In this document: positions 7,571 to 13,186 of the stretch, in pieces
Numbering within the stretch: position 1 is the stretch's first letter
Layout of the letters: each line of letters starts with the position of its first letter
Assembly (NCBI GenBank): GCA_040752415.1
Contig: JBFMGU010000288.1
Span: 1-13,186, forward strand
Length of the DNA: 13,186 nt
DNA from: Myxococcota bacterium
Lineage (GTDB): Bacteria > Myxococcota > JACRCW01
Direction of reading: 5' to 3'
The notes under the pieces: model-generated
Told to the model about the DNA's origin: nothing
The model's input: only the letters and a program-made list of their open reading frames with translations
Databases searched by the model: none
Program-made: the position numbers and the translations under genes

Positions 7571-9322
7571 TCATTGCTGACACTTGGGACCTTCATCCTG
7601 ATTCTGACCCAGGAAGCTCACCACCACCTCCGCGCCCGCGGCGGGCACCCAGCTGCCGTGGAACTTCACGGTGGTGCAGTTGTCGATGAGGGAGAAACCG
7701 TCGCAGGTCACGTCGGACGGACAGCTGCCCGCGTCGGACTTGCAGGGACAGCCCGTGCAGGAGAGGTACTCCGGTCCGCTGCGCGTCCAGGCGTCGACGG
7801 CCAGCGGCACGTTCTCGAACTCACCCTCCGGCGTCCGCTTCATCTGCACGACGAGCTGCCGCGCGCTGGCGGGCTTCTCGCCGAGGGGAACCACGCCCGC
7901 CTCGTTGATGAGGTTGGCGATGCGGATCATCGTCTCCGCGTAGTTCTGGTTGCAGATGGAATCGAGCAGGAAGCTGCCGGGCTCCATCCCGCGCGCAAAC
8001 GTGGCGTAGCGGTCACCCTTGTCCGCCGTGCAGCACTGACCATGGCCCGCGTCCGGACGCTGCGGAGGCATGTTCTCGATGTTGGGGAGCGTGCCGCAGA
8101 AGTTGTTGGCGGCCTGGAAGCCACACTCGAACTGGCTCACCGAGGCACCGTGCGGTGCAAAGCACGACTGCACTGGAGCGGCGCCTGCGCCCTCTCCGTT
8201 GCAGCGGCAGTCGCCGGACACGAACCCGGTGTCGTCGTTGTAGCCGGCGATGATGGCCGCCACGCTCACCAGGCCGGGCTCCGGCTTGAGGGAGCGCAGA
8301 TAGCCGGTGAACTCGTCGACGGGACGGAGCTGCTCCGGCTGCGAATAGCACCGGGCGCTGTCCTGGAGGCGCGCTTCATTGATGCCACCGTCGACGTCGT
8401 GGTGGGTGCAGTCCTCCTCGTCGGAGAGCAGGATGACCACGAGCTTGGGCGTGGGACCCATCAGCGGCTGTCCATCCGGGCCCAGCTGACACGCGGTACC
8501 GCCATCCACCTTCAGGCACTGCGCCTGACGGAGGAACTGGCTGCGCTCCGCCTCGCAGGAGGTGTCGGCGGGCTCCACGTCGGGATTGAGGAAACTCTTC
8601 ACGGAATCCAGGCCCTCCTCGAAACCGCTGCCGCAAACGCCCACGTTGCGGATGGTCTCCCGGAACTTTCGCGCGATGAGGCCGATGTCGCCGTCCGTGG
8701 GGCGGATGATGCGGCTTTCGTTCACACCGAGCCGGCCCTGCAGACAGCCGCGCTGAGGCTCAGGCTGCTGTCGCCCGCTGGGGATGGGCGCCTGGCAACG
8801 GTCCAGACCGCCGGCGATGTCGGCCTCGCCGTCGTCGGTGGTGATGATGCCGATCTGGAAGTCGTTGTCGAAGAGGAGGAGGCGCTCGATGAAGCCGCAA
8901 TCCTCGAGGGTGTCCTTGAACTGCTTGCCCACCGCGCCCAGCTGCTGCTCCCACTGATCCGGCGCCAGGCCGCGCCCTTCACCCTGCAGCATGAACTCCT
9001 TGAGGTCCGCCACCTTCTGCGCGGTGTCGCAGTTGTTGGCGCAGTTGGGCTCACCGTCGCAGATGCTGGAGGCGTTCTTGCGCAGGTTCTCCTGCTCCTC
9101 ACTCATGGAGCCGGAGTTGTCGATGACGAAGAGGATGTCCGCGGCGCGTTGGACGTCGATCTTCTTGGGCACCTGTACGGTGCGACAAGCCTGCGGGACG
9201 GGCGGGAGGAAGACGTTGTCCTGGCACAGCATGTCCGGACAGGCCACCAGCATGGTGAGGAGGCCGACGCCGGTAGCAAACGCCAAGTGCCGGGAAGGGC
9301 GATGGAAATGGGACGCGCGCAC
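7571..9322 (-). CDS. Cys-rich vWA (MIDAS) lipoprotein, CglB-like candidate surface adhesin (about 583 aa)
   Basis: GTG at 9322 with AAGGA upstream; lipobox LLTMLVA-C28. MIDAS DILFVIDNSGSM (DNSGS at 9107-9121), then FQIGIITTD, GSGFEEGL, LVVILLSDEEDC. 30 Cys counted. Beta-rich C-terminal segment (LVVQMK...VKFHGSWVPAAGAEVVVSF). The CDS and vWA call are strong; CglB orthology is inferred from architecture and context. Confidence 0.75.
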   Translation of the reverse strand: MRASHFHRPSRHLAFATGVGLLTMLVACPDMLCQDNVFLPPVPQACRTVQVPKKIDVQRAADILFVIDNSGSMSEEQENLRKNASSICDGEPNCANNCDTAQKVADLKEFMLQGEGRGLAPDQWEQQLGAVGKQFKDTLEDCGFIERLLLFDNDFQIGIITTDDGEADIAGGLDRCQAPIPSGRQQPEPQRGCLQGRLGVNESRIIRPTDGDIGLIARKFRETIRNVGVCGSGFEEGLDSVKSFLNPDVEPADTSCEAERSQFLRQAQCLKVDGGTACQLGPDGQPLMGPTPKLVVILLSDEEDCTHHDVDGGINEARLQDSARCYSQPEQLRPVDEFTGYLRSLKPEPGLVSVAAIIAGYNDDTGFVSGDCRCNGEGAGAAPVQSCFAPHGASVSQFECGFQAANNFCGTLPNIENMPPQRPDAGHGQCCTADKGDRYATFARGMEPGSFLLDSICNQNYAETMIRIANLINEAGVVPLGEKPASARQLVVQMKRTPEGEFENVPLAVDAWTRSGPEYLSCTGCPCKSDAGSCPSDVTCDGFSLIDNCTTVKFHGSWVPAAGAEVVVSFLGQNQDEGPKCQQ

Positions 9323-9511
9323 GGTCAGCTTCCTTATCGCAGCGACGAAGGGACGGGCAATGGCGAGGGTGCCCACCGTCACAACGGAGCGGACTCCGGC
9401 GGGGTGGTGCTCCGCATCGGACACACGACGGGTATGAGGCGCAAACGTCGCAGGTCCACGTCCGGGAAGAACCGTTGAAGCGGGGACGGCCCGGGTGATA
9501 TCCGCCGACGC

Positions 9512-10033
9512 ATGATCCGGCGTTCCCTTCCGGGATACCTGTTGGCGGTCCTTGTTGGTGCGGGCGCCTCCGGCTGCGACGTCAGCGCGGAGTGCCTGCC
9601 GTGGTTCAAGGGCCCCACCTGTCTGCAGACCGACCTGGGCAAACCCTGCTCCTGCGACGAGAACCTGCAGAAGCGCGTGACCGTCAAGGGCGGCTCCAAC
9701 GACCTGGTGCAGGACTCCGCGTTCGAGAACTGCGAGTCGTTCTACTGCGCGTCCACCAACGGCTCCCGGCCCTATTGCACCAAGCGTTGCAGCTCCGCGC
9801 TGGACTGTGATCCGGGTGGTCCACCATGCATCCCCGGCCAGCCGTGCGCCCGCGACAACTGGAAGTGCGAGGTGGTGATCGAGTTCGGCTCACTGGCGTG
9901 TGAAGCGCCCGACGAGAACGGCTCCTGTGAGCTGGACGAGGAGACCGGGAAGGTGAAGGAGCCGGCGCGGTACTGTCGCGCGGTGGACGGGACGCTCACG
10001 GACGACCAGGTCCAGCTGACCTGCGGCCTCTGA
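9512..10033 (+). CDS. gltK: Cys-rich lipoprotein, GltK/CglC(AgmO)-like (173 aa)
   Basis: Lipobox VGAGASG-C22 and 17 Cys. The pattern DLGKPC...ENCESFYC...PYCTKRC...WKC...RYC resembles my recollection of the CglC/GltK Cys spacing. Size of about 170 aa and position next to the beta-barrel/gltC genes fit the G2 cluster. Confidence 0.65.
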   Translation: MIRRSLPGYLLAVLVGAGASGCDVSAECLPWFKGPTCLQTDLGKPCSCDENLQKRVTVKGGSNDLVQDSAFENCESFYCASTNGSRPYCTKRCSSALDCDPGGPPCIPGQPCARDNWKCEVVIEFGSLACEAPDENGSCELDEETGKVKEPARYCRAVDGTLTDDQVQLTCGL

Positions 10034-10034
10034 A

Positions 10035-10053
10035 CGACGGGCGTGATCCGTCG
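10035..10053 (+). terminator. GC-rich hairpin right after the gltK-like stop (possible terminator, pause or 3' stabiliser)
   Basis: CGACGG(G)-CGTGA-(T)CCGTCG inverted repeat starting 2 nt after TGA. No U-tract directly after it. A second weak stem GGTTC...GAACC-TTTT follows (10056-10078). Confidence 0.35.
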
Positions 10054-10068
10054 GGGGTTCCGCCTCCC

Positions 10069-10093
10069 AGAACCTTTTGCCACCACATGCGTT
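10069..10093 (+). promoter_or_regulatory. Putative ECF sigma factor promoter (AGAAC-CTTTT...CGTT)
   Basis: AAC (10071-10073), exactly 16 nt including a T-tract, then CGTT (10090-10093), ending 46 nt before ATG 10140. Matches the general ECF AAC-N16-CGT layout. Confidence 0.5.
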
Positions 10094-10104
10094 CCAAGCC
10101 TCAG

Positions 10105-10128
10105 GGCACCCGCTCGCCGCCGGGTGCC
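10105..10128 (+). promoter_or_regulatory. Perfect 8-bp leader hairpin directly abutting the ribosome-binding site
   Basis: GGCACCCG (10105-10112), 8-nt loop, CGGGTGCC (10121-10128), followed immediately by GGGAGG (10129-10134) and ATG 10140. Confidence 0.5.
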
Positions 10129-10139
10129 GGGAGGCCCGC

Positions 10140-11519
10140 ATGTTCGATTTCTCTCGTCATGGCCCGCTGTTGGGCTGCGTCCTGCTGGCCGGTGTGGCCA
10201 TGGCCCTGCCGGAGCGCTCCACCCACACGCCACCCCCTCCCCCGCCGGATCCGCCCACGCCGCCGGTCTCCCGGCCCGCCGCGGAGGCCGTGATGAACCT
10301 GGGTCGCTCGGCCGTGGTGAAGGTGGGGCTGGGCGGCGGGCTGGTGCCGGTGGGCGTGCCCAGCAGCCTGGACGTGGCGGTGGAGATCACCGGGCAGGAG
10401 GCCACCGGGCCCTCACGCAAGGCGCTGGTGCTGTGCCTGGACCGCAGCGGATCCATGAGCGGCGGGAACATCCGCGACGCACGTGACGCCGCGGCGAGCC
10501 TGATCCGCACCCTGGGTGACGACGACGAGATTGCGGTGGTGAGCTTCTCCAGCAACCCCGTCCTGGACGTGCCGTTGATGCGCGCCACCGACGCGGGGAA
10601 GCGCACCGCGCTCATGGCGGTGAGTGACCTGGAGGCACGCGGCGGGACCAACCTGTACGGCGGGTTGGAGCTGGCTCGTCGGGAGGCGCGCAGCGCCACG
10701 GCACCGGTGCGCCGCGTGGTGCTGCTCTCCGACGGGATCCCGACGGAAGGCGAGGTGCGCCCCAACGCGATCATGAAGCTCTCCCGCAACATGGCGGGTG
10801 ACGGCGTGGTGGTGAGCACGCTGGCGGTGGGCGCGCAGAGCCCGGGCGGTCTGATGGAGCGCGTGGCGACGTCGTCCGGCGGCTCCTACCGCTTCCTCCG
10901 CGACGGCTCCGGCCTGGCGCACGCGCTGGCCATGGAGTTGAAGGAGGCCGCCGCGGTGGTGGCGCAGGACGCGGTGATCTCGGTGCACATCCCGACGGGA
11001 ACGCGCCTCATCCGGGCCAGCGGCGCCATGGCGGACCAGAGTGGTGACGTGGTGCAGCTGCGCCTGGGCGACGTGGTGGCGCACCAGACGCGCAACGTGC
11101 TGCTGACGCTCAGCCTCCCCGCCGAACAGGAGCACACCTGGCTCATCCCGGTGCGGGCGAGCGCACGGGAGAGCGGCACGCCGGTGGGCGCCATGGCGGA
11201 GGTGGGCGCGGTGACGTCGACGGATGCCACGGCGGTGGCGCGCAACAAAGTGGGTTGGGTGCAGGTGCGCGCGGACCTGGCCGACGCTGCCGACGAGATG
11301 CGTCGTGCCGCCGAATACGCCGAGAAGGGCGACTCGCGCACCGCCGTCGAGGAGCTGGACCGCGTGGCCACGAAGCTGGAGGCGAAGGCGAAGGACAAGC
11401 CGGTCCTCGTCGAGTCCGCCCGGAAGGCCCGCGCATTTGCGCAGGGGGCTTCCGCGGCACCGAGCGCGTCGGTGGTGGCCAATGAGGCGCACGAGCAGGC
11501 CTTTGGTTTCGCGAGGTGA
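10140..11519 (+). CDS. Exported or membrane-anchored vWA-domain protein (YfbK-like architecture, about 459 aa)
   Basis: ATG at 10140 with SD GGGAGG. Hydrophobic N-terminus (PLLGCVLLAGVAMA) and Pro-rich linker (TPPPPPPDPPTPP). Complete MIDAS: LCLDRSGSM, GGTNL, VVLLSDG. Followed by a beta-rich domain and a helical C-terminus. Confidence 0.88.
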   Translation: MFDFSRHGPLLGCVLLAGVAMALPERSTHTPPPPPPDPPTPPVSRPAAEAVMNLGRSAVVKVGLGGGLVPVGVPSSLDVAVEITGQEATGPSRKALVLCLDRSGSMSGGNIRDARDAAASLIRTLGDDDEIAVVSFSSNPVLDVPLMRATDAGKRTALMAVSDLEARGGTNLYGGLELARREARSATAPVRRVVLLSDGIPTEGEVRPNAIMKLSRNMAGDGVVVSTLAVGAQSPGGLMERVATSSGGSYRFLRDGSGLAHALAMELKEAAAVVAQDAVISVHIPTGTRLIRASGAMADQSGDVVQLRLGDVVAHQTRNVLLTLSLPAEQEHTWLIPVRASARESGTPVGAMAEVGAVTSTDATAVARNKVGWVQVRADLADAADEMRRAAEYAEKGDSRTAVEELDRVATKLEAKAKDKPVLVESARKARAFAQGASAAPSASVVANEAHEQAFGFAR

Positions 11520-11522
11520 GCC

Positions 11523-12437
11523 ATGACGACGACGACCCTGGATTCTCCTCCCCGCGCCCTGCCCCTCCTGGCCACCGGTGTGGTGGTGTTCATGCTGGCC
11601 TACGCCACACTGATGGAAGGACTGCACCTGGGTTTCTCCGTCGGTGGACAGCGACTGGTGATGACGTGCTGCGCATTGGTGGCCGCGGTGTCCGTGCTGG
11701 CGGTGGCGTTGCGCGACGGGCGCTCCCGCTGGCCGGTGTGGGCCATGGCGCTGCTGGCCGTTCCGGTGGCGGTGCGCCTGATGCGCGTGGGAACGAGCTG
11801 GGACGCGGGAATGCTGACCTCGCCCGTGGCCGGGTTTGCGGTTGGGCTCTACGTGTACGCGGCGGTGCGGGCCATGGGCTCCGTGGAGAAGGCGCCGGTC
11901 GCGGGCGAGTGGGCGGTGGTGGTGGAGAGCGCGGTGCGGGCGGATGGGAACCTGCGTCGCGAGCTGGCGGGCCGGCCGCTCGACGGCGAGGTACGCAAGG
12001 GCCTGGAGGCGCGAAGCAACAAGCTGCTGGCCAGCGTCAAGAGCATGGCGGTGACGTGGCAGCGCCTCGAGTCGGGCGCGTCGGCGGAGCTGGAGCAGGC
12101 AGTGCAGACGCAGCTCGACGGCGTGGTGGCCCGGCGGGACTCCGCGATCGACGCATTGGCGCGCCGCGAGTACGAGCGGACGGCGGAGTCACTGCAGCGT
12201 CAGTTGGATTCCGTGCGCCGGATTCGCCGGGGTGCGGAGCGGGCGTTGGCGCGTGCGCGGTGTCAGATCACCGTCATGGAGACCGCGCGACTGGGGGTCA
12301 TGGCCTACGCCGCGCAGGACGCCAGCGTGCAGGGCGAGGAAGCGATGCGCCTGTCCGGCATGCTCGACGCCGCAGCGGAAGAGCTGGAGCTGAGCGCGGG
12401 AGCGATGGAAGAGGCCAACGCGCAGCTCACGGCGTGA
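11523..12437 (+). CDS. Hypothetical membrane protein with about 4 N-terminal TM helices and a C-terminal coiled coil (304 aa)
   Basis: ATG 3 nt after the vWA gene's stop, SD GAGGT. Four hydrophobic segments in the first ~120 aa, then a long amphipathic helical region (ARREYERTAESLQRQLDSVRRIRRGAERALAR...). High-GC3 codon usage. Confidence 0.8.
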   Translation: MTTTTLDSPPRALPLLATGVVVFMLAYATLMEGLHLGFSVGGQRLVMTCCALVAAVSVLAVALRDGRSRWPVWAMALLAVPVAVRLMRVGTSWDAGMLTSPVAGFAVGLYVYAAVRAMGSVEKAPVAGEWAVVVESAVRADGNLRRELAGRPLDGEVRKGLEARSNKLLASVKSMAVTWQRLESGASAELEQAVQTQLDGVVARRDSAIDALARREYERTAESLQRQLDSVRRIRRGAERALARARCQITVMETARLGVMAYAAQDASVQGEEAMRLSGMLDAAAEELELSAGAMEEANAQLTA

Positions 12438-13186
12438 CCGCGGCATCCTGGTCTGTTGCGGCGGGACCTTCCGCGGGCTCCGCCGGCGCCGGCTCGACGG
12501 GCTGAGCAGGGCCAGCATCCGTCACAGCGTCGGGAGGGGCGTCCGTGGGTGCCGGTTGCGCCGCCTCCTGGGCCTGCGCTTCCTGCTCTCCCCGCGCCAG
12601 CTTCATGATTTCCGCGTACTCCGCTTCACCGCGGATCTTGTCCAAGTCGGGGTCCTTGTCGACGGCGTCCGCCTGCGCGTACCCGTTGAGCATGGCAATG
12701 CGCAGGTACCGCAGCGCCAGCTCCTTCTTCCCCTCCACCGCATAGATGCACGCGATGTTGTAGTAAGCGTCGCCGAAGTCCGGGTTGGCGGTGAGGGCCT
12801 TCTTGTACCAGCCCAGCGCGTCGTCATACTGGTCGCGGGCGTAGTAGGTCACGCCCATCATGTTGTAGCCCTCCGCATAGCCCGGGTCCTGCCTCAACGC
12901 CTCCATCAGCGGCGTGCGCGCGTCCTCGAACTTGCCCTTGTGGATGAGCGACGCGGCCTCCTTGGCGTGTGACATGGCCTTGCCCCGGCTCTCGCGCGTT
13001 CCCGACGACGTGGTGGCGGCCTCCGGGTTCCACGCCTCGAACGGCGTATCCACCTCCGCGGCGGTCACCTTGGGTGCGGGCTCCTCGGCTGCCGCTTCAG
13101 GCTCCTTCGTCTCGGCTTCGGGCTGCTTCGTCTGCGGCGTGGTCTGCGGCTCCTTCGCACTGGCCACCGCGGGCTCAGCGCCCTTG
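12427..13186 (-). CDS. TPR protein with a C-terminal YNxAC...DPDL capping repeat (5'-partial)
   Basis: The frame stays open upstream of the track's GTG 13167 to the window edge (KGAEPAVASAKEP...). TPRs EGYNMMGVTYYARDQYDDALGWYKKALTANP and DAYYNIACIYAVEGKKELALRYLRIA...DKDPDLDKIR, flanked by P/E/A-rich linkers. Confidence 0.85.
   Translation of the reverse strand, partial: KGAEPAVASAKEPQTTPQTKQPEAETKEPEAAAEEPAPKVTAAEVDTPFEAWNPEAATTSSGTRESRGKAMSHAKEAASLIHKGKFEDARTPLMEALRQDPGYAEGYNMMGVTYYARDQYDDALGWYKKALTANPDFGDAYYNIACIYAVEGKKELALRYLRIAMLNGYAQADAVDKDPDLDKIRGEAEYAEIMKLARGEQEAQAQEAAQPAPTDAPPDAVTDAGPAQPVEPAPAEPAEGPAATDQDAAVTP

Noticed and set aside
9323..9424. Longer N-terminal extensions given by the ORF track (starts 9424, 7583, 6888, 4726, 10077)
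   Set aside because: Downstream starts (9322, 7487, 6738, 4717, 10140) have SD motifs or stop/start overlaps and place the signal peptide at the N-terminus.
7370..9478. 702-aa plus-strand ORF
   Set aside because: Antisense to the vWA lipoprotein gene, which has a clear lipobox, MIDAS and ribosome-binding site.
10413..12505. Alternative-frame ORFs 10413-11627 (-), 10886-11593 (-) and 11516-12505 (+)
   Set aside because: R/G/A/H-rich off-frame translations overlapping better-supported genes.
12427..13186. The TPR gene as an additional Glt component
   Set aside because: It is separated from the glt block by an independent operon and shows only generic TPR motifs; there is no specific evidence of linkage.

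Overview
High-GC, densely coding window that looks like a Myxococcota (deltaproteobacterial) genome. Positions 1-10033 carry what appears to be a consolidated Agl-Glt-type gliding / focal-adhesion envelope locus. On the minus strand, in transcription order: a Cys-rich vWA lipoprotein (CglB-like), a single GltA/GltB-family outer-membrane beta-barrel, GltC, GltD(AgmU)-like, and a GltE(AglT)-like TPR lipoprotein that runs off the left edge and is missing from the ORF track. A GltK/CglC-like Cys-rich lipoprotein gene is transcribed divergently from these. In Myxococcus xanthus these components sit in separate loci (G1, G2 and cglB). To the right is a plus-strand two-gene unit (exported vWA protein plus a membrane/coiled-coil protein) preceded by a good ECF-sigma-type promoter motif and a leader hairpin, then a convergent 5'-truncated TPR gene. 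I saw no RNA genes, mobile elements or CRISPR arrays. Family assignments come from recalled motifs, architecture and gene order, not from database searches.
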